NCBI GenBank assembly: GCA_964353405.1
Contig: CAYGWJ010000337.1
Coordinates: 1-52,182, forward strand
Origin: an uncultured Anaerolineae bacterium
GTDB lineage: Bacteria > Chloroflexota > Anaerolineae > Fen-1058
Direction: 5' to 3'
Length of the DNA stretch: 52,182 nt
Below, piece by piece: positions 1 to 8,349 of this stretch. The notes under the pieces were generated by a model. That model searched no databases. It saw only the letters and a list, made by a program, of their open reading frames with translations, and was not told the origin of the DNA. Positions within the stretch are counted from its first letter, which is position 1, and every line of letters starts with the position of its first letter. The translations under genes and the position numbers were made by a program.

Positions 1-21
1 GCGGCGCTGAACGACAAGTAG
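1..21 (+). CDS. pgk: 3' end (AALNDK*) of probable phosphoglycerate kinase, truncated by window edge
   Basis: gcg gcg ctg aac gac aag tag = AALNDK*, matching the typical PGK C-terminus (GKELPGVAALNDK). It is followed by a terminator, tpiA lies downstream (gap-pgk-tpi synteny), and the degenerate copy at 7177-7221 reads GKRLSDIAALNDK*. Confidence 0.65.
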   Translation, partial: AALNDK

Positions 22-28
22 TTCAACT
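1..28 (+). repeat. Left copy of 28-bp direct repeat (pgk 3' end, att-like)
   Basis: gcggcgctgaacgacaagtagttcaact vs 7201-7228 gccgcgctgaacgacaaatagttcaact: 26/28 identical, both mismatches synonymous. Confidence 0.85.
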
Positions 29-58
29 ATCAAATCTCAAATTTCAAATGTCAAAGGG

Positions 59-95
59 AAAGCCCGTTTTCTCGAGGAGGAGAGAACGGGCTTTT
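59..95. terminator. Bidirectional intrinsic terminator
   Basis: aaagcccgttttctc-loop-gagagaacgggctttt stem with A and T tails, between convergent pgk end and TPR gene. Confidence 0.8.
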
Positions 96-136
96 GGATT
101 TCCGTTGCAGTGAATGGTTTTCCAATGCAGCGTGTC

Positions 137-1696
137 TTATCCCGCCAATACGATCTGCGGCGGGTTCTGGGGCGAATGTCCTGCTAACCAAGCGACTGCA
201 CCAATCTTTTCCAGCAGTCGCTTGCCTTTTGACCACAGGCTGGCCTGCTCTTTTCCCGCCTTTAATGCGGCCAGCGAGAGCAGGCAAGCAGCTTGGTCAA
301 GTTGCCGCCCCATCCGCTGCGCCAGGCTCAAGGCCTCCCACAACAGAGGCTCCCGTTGGGCCATGGGCGACTGCTCGGCCAGAATGCGCAAAGCAAGAAT
401 CTGCAGCGTGGGCAAACTCTTCTCTCGGGCAACGCGAAGTGCCTGTTGGGCCAAATCTCGCGCTTCGTCCTCTCGCCCCTGCGCGGCGCGGCAGCGTGCG
501 TAACTGACATAGTTGCAGACCAATCCCTCAGGGCTGCCACGTTCCTCATGAAAGGCTCGGTTCACATCCAGGTCAGCCAGGGCAGCCGCGACATTTCCCC
601 GATGCAGCAGCGTCACACCCCGAATGCCTCGCGCTCGCATGATTTCATGGATATCCCTGTTTTGAGTGGCCATGTGTAGATGTCGCTCGCTGTACGATAG
701 AGCTTGTTCCAAATTGCCGCGCGATAGATAGACCAAGCCCATATTACCAACATGCACCGCCATCTGCCAGTGTGTCCCTTGCTGCTCGCTGAGGGCAATC
801 ATGTGTCTAAACAAGCTCTCGGCTCGATCAAGCTCCCCCATACTCCAGTACACGAGACCCAGATTCCCCTGGACGCTCGCCTCGGCGTAGCGGTCGCCGC
901 TGCCGGCGTAGAGCGCGGCGGCTTGATTCAGGTCAGCCACAGCCAGGTCGTATTCTCCCCGCACCCAGTGCACGATGCCGCGCGAGTCATAAGCCTCGCC
1001 ACTCAAATGAACGTCACCGGCCGAAGGGGTTTCCGCTGCCACCACAGCTTGGTCAACGCTGAGCAAAGCCCCTTCCAAGTCACCCCGGCGACGCAGGAAA
1101 CCAGAGCGAGTGAGGTATACATAGGCCAAAGCCGCGCCCGTATCGGCAGCTTGCCTCAAGTGTTGCTCAACCTGCTCCAGGATATCTCCAGCGTCTTTCA
1201 TTTTTCCCTGCCGCATCAAGATCTGAACCGCTAGGTCGGCGGCCCGCGCCAAGGGGATAGGAGCGTTTGTGGCGGCGCTGTATGTGACCACTTGCAGGCT
1301 CGTGTCCAGGGCCAAATCCAGCCGGCCGGTGTCGAGGAACAAATTAGCTAGCTCGACTAGAAGGGCGAAATAGCGGGCTGGTGTCTGCTGCGAGTCTGTC
1401 GCCGTCACCCCGAAGCGCAGCATTTCTTCCCAGGTGTCCCAGTAACCCCAGCGCGCGGGCCAGGCGCCGAGCGCGGCGACGAGTTCAGCGGCCTGGGTGT
1501 GCAATTGAGGCCAGGCAAGGGCATGCCCCAAGAGCGCCAGCAAGCTGTCACAGTGAGCCGACAACTTTTCCGGTTGGCGCGCATAGATCGTCGCCCACGC
1601 CAGTTGTTCTTGTAGACGACGCAGATAGTAATCGCTCCAGCGCGTCTGCTCCTCCGTCCAATTGCGATCAAAGCTGACACCCACTTGCGCACTCAT
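137..1696 (-). CDS. Tetratricopeptide-repeat protein (STAND-type sensor module encoded as a separate gene)
   Basis: Repeated TPR motifs (GIVHWVRGEYDLAVA, GNLGLVYWSMGELDRA, GNMGLVYLSRGNLEQA). Start chosen at ATG 1696 with GGGAGGAG RBS and an ATGA overlap with the upstream stop. Confidence 0.85.
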   Translation of the reverse strand: MSAQVGVSFDRNWTEEQTRWSDYYLRRLQEQLAWATIYARQPEKLSAHCDSLLALLGHALAWPQLHTQAAELVAALGAWPARWGYWDTWEEMLRFGVTATDSQQTPARYFALLVELANLFLDTGRLDLALDTSLQVVTYSAATNAPIPLARAADLAVQILMRQGKMKDAGDILEQVEQHLRQAADTGAALAYVYLTRSGFLRRRGDLEGALLSVDQAVVAAETPSAGDVHLSGEAYDSRGIVHWVRGEYDLAVADLNQAAALYAGSGDRYAEASVQGNLGLVYWSMGELDRAESLFRHMIALSEQQGTHWQMAVHVGNMGLVYLSRGNLEQALSYSERHLHMATQNRDIHEIMRARGIRGVTLLHRGNVAAALADLDVNRAFHEERGSPEGLVCNYVSYARCRAAQGREDEARDLAQQALRVAREKSLPTLQILALRILAEQSPMAQREPLLWEALSLAQRMGRQLDQAACLLSLAALKAGKEQASLWSKGKRLLEKIGAVAWLAGHSPQNPPQIVLAG

Positions 1697-3231
1697 AACG
1701 ACTCCTCCCAACCGTGCAGTATGTTGGTTTGCAGGAATGTGACCGTGAGGCGGTGCAGACGGTAGAAAGGATGCTCCAGGGAACCGGTCACCTGGAGCAA
1801 GGATAGTTCTATCAGTTGTGTCAGCGCCCCGTCCAGTGCTTCCGCCGCCATGCCGCTGGTCAACTGGAGCCATTCCATATCTTCTCCATTCGGAGAGACG
1901 AGCAGCATGTTCATCAACAACTGGCGCGTTGGTTCGTCGAGCAGCATCCAGGTGCGGCGGTAGATGAAGCTGTAAAGAGATTGGGCCGTCTGACTGTGGG
2001 CGCTCTGCAGGTCGTTCACGACGTGGGCCAGGGGCAGCCGGCTCAATTGGGCGGCGATCAACTTGATGGCGAGCGGCTGCCCGCCGACGGCGCGATAAAT
2101 AGCGTCCAGCGCGCTGTCGGGACGGGTTTCGTTTCGACGCCCTCTGCGTTCCAGTTCATGGCGCAGCAGGGCGATGCTATCGGTCCGAGAGAGAGGTGGG
2201 ACAGACAGAACCTGGACAAAGGCCAAGTCCCGCAACGAATAGCGGCTGGTCAGCAGGAAACGGCTTGGCTTTGCCATCGGGTGCAGGCGCGTGACCAGTG
2301 CGCTGTAATCCGCCATCGTCTCCAGGTTGTCCACGATGACCAGGCAGGGAGAGGCCTGGAAGATGGCCCGCAGAGCCTCTTCTCTGGCCTCGGGACTCGA
2401 AGCAATCAAGTCCTCTCGGCCAAGCTGCCCGGCCAGGCGAGAGAGCAGTTCGTCAAAAGTCAGCACCGGCCTGGAGAGAGTGCGGATTTCCCCGCTGGGA
2501 AGCAACTGCGTAGGTTGAGCGCTGACCCACAGGATGTCCGTGAAGGGACCTCTTTCAGCCAGGCGTATGGACACGGCTTGCGCCAGCGTGGTCTTGCCGA
2601 TGCCGCCCAGGCCGTCGAGGGCCACCAGGGGCGGGCCGGACGGGTCAGTCAGCAGGGCGGCCAGATCGGCCGTGAGTTGTTCGATGCCGAACAGTCTAAG
2701 ATAATCAGGAGGAGGCAAGTAACGGAAGATGTGTAAGTGATGGAGCCGACGGTGAGCGGCAATCTCGGCCTGTTGCAGTTGCTCGGCCAACAGATGCAGG
2801 CCCTGAGTCACGCGGCGCCTAAAGTGACGAGGAGAAAGCCGTGCGCTGGCCGCCAGTTCTGCCACGCTGAGGGGGACCGGGCAGAAATAGCGATGATACA
2901 ATGCGCTCCAAGCCTGCAGTTCGGTATTATTGCAACTAAAGTCACAAGACACATCGGCCATGATGCTCTCACGGGTGGGAGAGGCTGGCGGTTGTCCGGT
3001 CTCGAGCGGCGCCCTGGCATAGTGGGCAAGGTTTTCAGCGCGGCGGAGGCGGAGGAGCGATTCGGAGGCGAGCGTGCCCCAACGCTCGTGTAAAGCAAGG
3101 GCTTGCTCGGTAGGCGAGCCGGATGCTTCCAACAAGTGCAGGCTGAAAAGATCGGCCGGCAAGTCTTTGCCGAGGACAAGGGCGCGCAGACCTTGTTCGA
3201 TGAGCTGTGGCGTAATTGCATCCGGCTGCAT
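1693..3231 (-). CDS. NB-ARC/STAND ATPase with putative N-terminal HTH and no fused sensor
   Basis: Walker A GLGGIGKTT, Walker B LVIVDNLE, LLTSR, GGQPLAI (GLPL), terminal YRLHRL (MHD-like). HTH-like LSVAELAASARLSPRHFRRR. A TATAAT at 3276-3271 argues for a start at 3255 or 3231 rather than 3282. Confidence 0.85.
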   Translation of the reverse strand: MQPDAITPQLIEQGLRALVLGKDLPADLFSLHLLEASGSPTEQALALHERWGTLASESLLRLRRAENLAHYARAPLETGQPPASPTRESIMADVSCDFSCNNTELQAWSALYHRYFCPVPLSVAELAASARLSPRHFRRRVTQGLHLLAEQLQQAEIAAHRRLHHLHIFRYLPPPDYLRLFGIEQLTADLAALLTDPSGPPLVALDGLGGIGKTTLAQAVSIRLAERGPFTDILWVSAQPTQLLPSGEIRTLSRPVLTFDELLSRLAGQLGREDLIASSPEAREEALRAIFQASPCLVIVDNLETMADYSALVTRLHPMAKPSRFLLTSRYSLRDLAFVQVLSVPPLSRTDSIALLRHELERRGRRNETRPDSALDAIYRAVGGQPLAIKLIAAQLSRLPLAHVVNDLQSAHSQTAQSLYSFIYRRTWMLLDEPTRQLLMNMLLVSPNGEDMEWLQLTSGMAAEALDGALTQLIELSLLQVTGSLEHPFYRLHRLTVTFLQTNILHGWEESL

Positions 3232-3320
3232 ATCCCATTCCCTGCGCTCCCTCATGCGTCGCGCTGCTTTATTATACCCCAATTTGAATCAGCGCCGCCG
3301 GTTACAGGCAAACAATGGGC

Positions 3321-3348
3321 GTCTGATACTTGTCCGAGATGAGTCCGA
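3321..3348. promoter_or_regulatory. Three GTC(C/T)GA direct repeats at 11-bp period; candidate operator
   Basis: gtctga 3321, gtccga 3332, gtccga 3343 in the divergent intergenic region. Confidence 0.45.
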
Positions 3349-3447
3349 AGGGGCATAGACAGAACGAGACGCCAAGACGTAAATTAGAGTCAGCGACTTT
3401 TATCACCTTGCACCGTCAAGACAACACACGACGACAGGAGATCAACC

Positions 3448-4923
3448 ATGTTGACGCGCGCAAGTGCGCATGCGGCGGCTGCAACCATCCTGACCTTGAC
3501 CCTGCTCTTCGGTAAGACAAGCACTGCCTGGGGGACAACTCGAGCGGTCCCACAGCCCGCGCACGCGGTTCCGGGTGCGGCTGCTAACTGGCAGATTCAG
3601 ACGGTCACCACCGCAGGATGCCCCCTCGCCAGTACGCAGGGATTGGCGATCGACAAGACGGGCGCCCCGCACATTGCCTTTAGCTCCTCGGACGGTCTGC
3701 AATACGCCCGGTGGGACAAGACCAATGGTGTGTGGCGCTTTTCAACGGTGGACACCAATGGGCGCGATGCTTCACTTGCACTGGACGCGGCAGGCAATCC
3801 CCGCATCGCCTACATCTATTCTCCCCATAATGAGTTCGACCTGAGATATGCCTACTGGGATGCCAACGCCGGGCGATGGCGAATCCAGACTGTAGATAGC
3901 GGCATCACTCACTATCCCTCGCTCGCGCTGGATGGCCAGGGCGCTCCGCACATCAGCTATGGCGATTGGAATGCGAGCGATTTGAAATACACCTACTGGG
4001 ATAGCAGTGCCAGCCAGTGGCGGACTCGATTGCTCGACAGCGCAGGGGTCGTAGGCCAATGGACGTCAATCAAGCTCGACACTTCCGGCCATCCGCACAT
4101 TGGCTACTATGATCAGACCAATGGGAACCCCAAGTACGCCTACTGGGACGGCGGCAACTGGCATATCGAAACGGTGAGCGATGAACAGTGGGTCATGGGC
4201 ATCTCGCTGGCCGTGGACGGCAGCAACCGCATCCACATGAGCTATGTGGAAGCTGCGCAAGATGTGCTCCGCTACGCTCGCCGCGAGCCCGGCGGTGGGC
4301 CATGGCAAGTTCAAACGTTAGACACCGCTTACGACGAAGCAGCTTGGATCGCGCTGGCGCTGGACAAATCGGGTAATCCGCACATCAGCTATCAGCGTGG
4401 CAATCTGCAGTACACGTATTGGGACACGGGAACAAACGCCTGGAAGGCCGAGACGGTGATCGCAGGATGGCAGTCGGTCTCGGCGCTGGCGCTGGATGGC
4501 CTGGACGATCCGCACATCGTTTTCACCAACAACTATGAATGCAGCGGGCTGATGTACGCGCACAAGGAATCCATTCCCACTCTGCAATTGGGAACTGATC
4601 ATGTAGCGCTTTTGCGGGCTAGTGGAGAAACCAGTCCTACGCTGCTCGCTTTGCCCCTGAACAGCAGCGGCAGCGTCATTACCTGGACGGCCGCCATCAG
4701 CCCAACGGTCGGGTGGCTGAGCTTGACGCCGGTCACCGGCACAACGCCCAGTGTCATCCAGCTTACTTTTAGCCCGACCGGGCTGGGGTTAGGGCGTTAT
4801 GAGGCGCAGGTCGTCATCCAGCCTGCCGATGCTCAGATTGCGTCACGCTCTGTTCCGGTGACGCTGATCATCGCAGAGCATGTATTCGACGTTTACCTTC
4901 CGCTGATCCGGCGCGCCTCCTGA
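3448..4923 (+). CDS. Secreted 7-blade beta-propeller protein with BACON-like domain and C-terminal VYLPLIRR motif
   Basis: AGGAG RBS and signal peptide; seven repeats of (S/A)LALDxxGxPHI(S)Y; WTA...WLSLTPVTGTTPS BACON-like segment. Confidence 0.85.
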   Translation: MLTRASAHAAAATILTLTLLFGKTSTAWGTTRAVPQPAHAVPGAAANWQIQTVTTAGCPLASTQGLAIDKTGAPHIAFSSSDGLQYARWDKTNGVWRFSTVDTNGRDASLALDAAGNPRIAYIYSPHNEFDLRYAYWDANAGRWRIQTVDSGITHYPSLALDGQGAPHISYGDWNASDLKYTYWDSSASQWRTRLLDSAGVVGQWTSIKLDTSGHPHIGYYDQTNGNPKYAYWDGGNWHIETVSDEQWVMGISLAVDGSNRIHMSYVEAAQDVLRYARREPGGGPWQVQTLDTAYDEAAWIALALDKSGNPHISYQRGNLQYTYWDTGTNAWKAETVIAGWQSVSALALDGLDDPHIVFTNNYECSGLMYAHKESIPTLQLGTDHVALLRASGETSPTLLALPLNSSGSVITWTAAISPTVGWLSLTPVTGTTPSVIQLTFSPTGLGLGRYEAQVVIQPADAQIASRSVPVTLIIAEHVFDVYLPLIRRAS

Positions 4924-5018
4924 GTGTGACAGGTGGCGCTGATGAACCCGTGCTGATCGTTTTGGCACTCATGCTCAATGGCGGTCGTTTGAGATGACGC
5001 TTCCCTAGCAGCACATTC

Positions 5019-5082
5019 AGACTTCGGAAGTCGCCAGACGCGCTCCGGTTGGTCTAGGCGCTTCCGGCGACTTCCGAAGTCT
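5019..5082. repeat. REP-like palindrome (agacttcggaagtcgcc...ggcgacttccgaagtct)
   Basis: Perfect 17-bp inverted repeat in the intergenic region. Confidence 0.75.
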
Positions 5083-5112
5083 AAACAGCAACCCAAAAGA
5101 GGAGGAACAAAA

Positions 5113-5967
5113 ATGAAGACAAGAATCGTTCGCACACTTTTGCTCGCTGGCGTTGTAGCTGCCGTCTTGCTCGCGGCCTTTAGTTTGGTCAGCGTGCTCG
5201 GCTCGACTACCAGCGCCAACAATGTCTACAGTCTCCGTGCCCCGTCCTTCGTCGGCGTGGCTAATGCCCAGGGAGCAGGCCCGCAGGCCATCGCCAGCTT
5301 CCTGGATAGCGAAGCCGGCATTTCGGCCTACTTTTCGACCACCGGCCCGATTGACTTGCAAGCGGTCAAGGCCGCTTTCCGCACTATTGAAGTTCAAACC
5401 TCTGATTATATCATCGGCTCGGTAGCGGTTCCAGACTATCCCGAATCCGAAGATGTTCACGTTTACGTTCACAAGAACGGCTGGTTCCTGGCTTACTACC
5501 TTAAAGCAGACCCAACAGGCAAGATTTTTGACTGGCGGCGCTACACTACAAGCGCGATTTCAACTAAGCTTGAAAAGGCGCTGTCTACGGTATCCGTCCT
5601 GATTGGCATAACGTCCTTCACTCCTACCTTCTATGACTTTCGCTACCCTAACGCCAGCACTCTCATGCTGATTGCAGAGGACACCAACAGCGGAAACGAA
5701 TTCCAAGTCAACTTACCCGGCACTTTTACTTATTACGAAAGAAGCTGGTCGCTTGCTAGCAGCATGAGCTCCTGGGCATGTAGCCCCTTGGCACGGTGGA
5801 TGCTCGATAGTATGGAAATAGCGAGGCAACAGCAAGACGGGTATGCGACATCTCAAGGTGGTTTGACAGCAGCTCAACTGACGGCCAATACCTTTCATAC
5901 GGTCACAATACCAGTTCAATGTGGCAGTGCCTGGGGTGGACTTGCGCTCACTTACAGGGTGCCATAA
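5113..5967 (+). CDS. Secreted hypothetical protein
   Basis: GGAGG RBS, strong N-terminal signal/anchor, 284 aa, no family recognised. Confidence 0.8.
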   Translation: MKTRIVRTLLLAGVVAAVLLAAFSLVSVLGSTTSANNVYSLRAPSFVGVANAQGAGPQAIASFLDSEAGISAYFSTTGPIDLQAVKAAFRTIEVQTSDYIIGSVAVPDYPESEDVHVYVHKNGWFLAYYLKADPTGKIFDWRRYTTSAISTKLEKALSTVSVLIGITSFTPTFYDFRYPNASTLMLIAEDTNSGNEFQVNLPGTFTYYERSWSLASSMSSWACSPLARWMLDSMEIARQQQDGYATSQGGLTAAQLTANTFHTVTIPVQCGSAWGGLALTYRVP

Positions 5968-7103
5968 TGAATGCACGCAAACTGACCACAGTGCTAGCTA
6001 TGGCGCTGCTGGTGTTTGCTCTCATCACCGTCGCAGTGCCTGTGGCCGGCACACCTAACGATGACATTATTGTGAACGGCGCTGATGTGATCCGGCAAGA
6101 ATCGGTTGCCCGTTCGCAGGGGCTGATTGACTCGACAACCAACATCGGCGCGCGCATCGTTGCCCAATATGCCAACACGCTGCGGACGATCAACCTGGCG
6201 GCTGTGCCCGGCGCATTCCAAACGCTGCTTGGCCAGGTGCCCAGTCGCATTATCTTTGCATACGCCAACACGAATCGCCAATTTGACCTGGCCTCCGTCC
6301 CAGGCGCGTTCCAAACAGTGTTGGACCTGGTGCCAAACCGGATCATCTTTCAGTATGCCAACACCAATCGGAATCTCCCGCTGGCCTATCCTGCTGCGCT
6401 GATCAACGACGCCACTCCGCCTCAGATCAGCAACGTCAAGGCCAACGCAGTGAGCAACGATACGGCCGCCATCATCTGGACGACCGACGAGTTTGCGAAT
6501 AGCCAGGTCTCCTACGGGGTGCAATCGGGGCAGTATACAGGGACGGCGAGCGACCCGCTCTACGTCAAGCAGCACGTCATCACGCTGACGGAGATGATAC
6601 CCGACACCACGTACTATTATCAGGTCCACAGCGCAGACCAAAGCGGAAACGCCGGCACAGGCCCAGAGAACAGCTTCAAATTCCAGGCCGTGTTCGACAC
6701 GTTGGCGGTTCAGAAATCGGTCGCGCCCACGGGCGAGGTGCAGTATGGCAAGGAACTCACCTACACGCTGGTCATCTCGGCGGCGCAGAGCGCCTCGCTT
6801 GAGCTTTACGACCCGCTGACTGACACAACCTTTGTGCGCTTTGTTCAGCAGCCAACGGGCGTCATCCCCACCCTCCATTCGGTCACCGGCACATTGAACG
6901 TAGCGAGTGCGCTGCCCGTCACCGTTACCTTTGTCGTCCGGGTGGACGTTCCGGCTGTTGCCGGGCAGACCGTTGACGTGATCAACCAGGCTTGCGTCTA
7001 CGTGCTCCCCGACACCAGCACATGTAAACCGTCCAACCAGGTCACCAACCAGGCCTTCGCACCATACCGTGTCTTTTTGCCTGTGATACTCAAGAACCGG
7101 TGA
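5967..7103 (+). CDS. Secreted protein with 31-aa tandem repeats, Fn3-like and DUF11-like domains, and C-terminal VFLPVILK motif
   Basis: TAATG overlap with the upstream gene; signal peptide. DATPPQISNV..WTTDE..SQVSYG..HVITLT..PDTTYYYQV is Fn3-like; LAVQKSVAP..GKELTYTLVI is DUF11-like. Confidence 0.8.
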   Translation: MNARKLTTVLAMALLVFALITVAVPVAGTPNDDIIVNGADVIRQESVARSQGLIDSTTNIGARIVAQYANTLRTINLAAVPGAFQTLLGQVPSRIIFAYANTNRQFDLASVPGAFQTVLDLVPNRIIFQYANTNRNLPLAYPAALINDATPPQISNVKANAVSNDTAAIIWTTDEFANSQVSYGVQSGQYTGTASDPLYVKQHVITLTEMIPDTTYYYQVHSADQSGNAGTGPENSFKFQAVFDTLAVQKSVAPTGEVQYGKELTYTLVISAAQSASLELYDPLTDTTFVRFVQQPTGVIPTLHSVTGTLNVASALPVTVTFVVRVDVPAVAGQTVDVINQACVYVLPDTSTCKPSNQVTNQAFAPYRVFLPVILKNR

Positions 7104-7176
7104 GGGTCAAACGGGACAGCGGGATGTGCCATCACCCGCACACAGCCAGTCAACGGCCCAAACTTGCGAAAATGTG

Positions 7177-7228
7177 GGTGGCAAAAGGTTGTCCGACATA
7201 GCCGCGCTGAACGACAAATAGTTCAACT
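7177..7228 (+). pseudogene. Degenerate duplicate of pgk 3' end (right copy of direct repeat)
   Basis: Reads GGKRLSDIAALNDK*; no upstream pgk body is present. Confidence 0.6.
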
Positions 7229-7237
7229 GTAAGATAT

Positions 7238-7265
7238 TAAAAGCGGGCCGATCACTCGGCCCGCT
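7238..7265 (-). terminator. Intrinsic terminator downstream of YceI gene
   Basis: agcgggccga-tcac-tcggcccgct hairpin with an A-run on the left (U-tail on the minus strand). Confidence 0.75.
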
Positions 7266-7290
7266 GTTGTATTCAGTTCTAGTCGTTCAG

Positions 7291-8037
7291 TTATTGGCGC
7301 TGCAAGGTCACGTCGAGTTCCAGCGCGATATTGTCAACGATGCTCAACACGCGCGCCACGCGCGGCTGAGTGAGTGCAAAGTCCTCGAACTTGAACGCTG
7401 TAGTGGCCTGTCCGGTCACCTGATTGCCCTGCACCTGTGCTGTGACATCCCACGTGACCGGTTTGGTCACATTCCGCACCGTGAGATCGCCGATCAACTT
7501 GAACGTGACCTGGCCGGACTGCGGTAGCGGCGATGGCAGGCCGCTCGCCTGCGTTGGCACAAAGATGGCGCTCGGATACTGATTGACCTGCAAGACGTTG
7601 CCGCGCAGGAAGTTGTCGCGCATGGATTGATCGCTCGTGAGCGTCCCCATGTTGACGACGAATTTGCTGTCCGAAGATACGATCGAGCCATCCGGTTTGA
7701 TGACCAGCGTTCCGGTGAAATCTTTGGTGCGCCCGATGGCGTCGTTGGGCAAGCTTGCGTTGGCGAGTTGTTCGCGCACTCGAAAACGTGCTTCGCTTTT
7801 CTCCGGCACCAGCACAAATCGAATGGCGCCGCCACTTGAATTGCTGTCGGTTGCAGGTATTTGAGTTGAATCTGTGGTTGGCGCAGCTTGAACTGCCGTT
7901 GGTGCAACCGTAGGCGCAGTTGTCGGCGATGGGGCTGTGTTGACGGCGGGCGGCACGGTCTGCGTCGAAGCGCAGCCCGCAGCCAACAACGCGGCGGCGG
8001 TGCAGGTTAACCCAAAGTGAATCAATCGGCTGAACAT
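7291..8037 (-). CDS. YceI-family lipid/polyisoprenoid-binding lipoprotein
   Basis: GGAGAG RBS, lipobox LAAGC, Pro/Thr/Ala tether; SEARFRVRE, LTSDQSMRDNFLR, GDLTVRNVTKPVT and FEDFAL YceI motifs. Confidence 0.85.
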   Translation of the reverse strand: MFSRLIHFGLTCTAAALLAAGCASTQTVPPAVNTAPSPTTAPTVAPTAVQAAPTTDSTQIPATDSNSSGGAIRFVLVPEKSEARFRVREQLANASLPNDAIGRTKDFTGTLVIKPDGSIVSSDSKFVVNMGTLTSDQSMRDNFLRGNVLQVNQYPSAIFVPTQASGLPSPLPQSGQVTFKLIGDLTVRNVTKPVTWDVTAQVQGNQVTGQATTAFKFEDFALTQPRVARVLSIVDNIALELDVTLQRQ

Positions 8038-8124
8038 TGTCTCTCCTTTTGCTTGGCATAGGGATTCGATAGATGGTGAGGAACACCCTCTTCCCATATG
8101 GGCAAAATTGTACAAGTTACGGAT

Positions 8125-8143
8125 GATAATGATATTAATTCTC
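8125..8143. promoter_or_regulatory. Fur/PerR-type box
   Basis: GATAATGATATTAATTCTC matches 16/19 of the consensus GATAATGATAATCATTATC; about 90 bp upstream of the YceI start. Confidence 0.55.
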
Positions 8144-8349
8144 AATTAGAGTCTTCTCATCTCTTTTATGTGAAAATTGGAGCATGGAGACCAAGCCAGC
8201 GCCTCCCTCGGAAAACGGTCTGGGATAGGCTGGCTCGCATTGGTGTGTTGCCAGGTGATCTCCCTGTCTTACGCGCAAGCGCTCGGCCGGTCTTTTGTGC
8301 TATAATCAAGTTGCACACGTTAGCGCGCACCAGTCCGCAGGAGTTCCGT

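Noticed and set aside
1-28. Direct repeat as a tRNA/tmRNA 3' end or CRISPR repeat
   Set aside because: No T-arm or CCA, only two copies 7.2 kb apart, and synonymous mismatches point to a protein-coding end.
1697-1873. N-terminal extension of the TPR ORF in the ORF track (likewise 8098, 18866, 31648, 36920 starts)
   Set aside because: These overlap neighbouring genes or promoters; RBS, ATGA overlaps and -10 elements support the downstream starts.
4942-4970. TGAACC-N16-GCACTC upstream of the 284-aa gene as a target of the window's ECF sigma
   Set aside because: The -10 lacks CGTGTAA; it is a single weak instance and could be chance.
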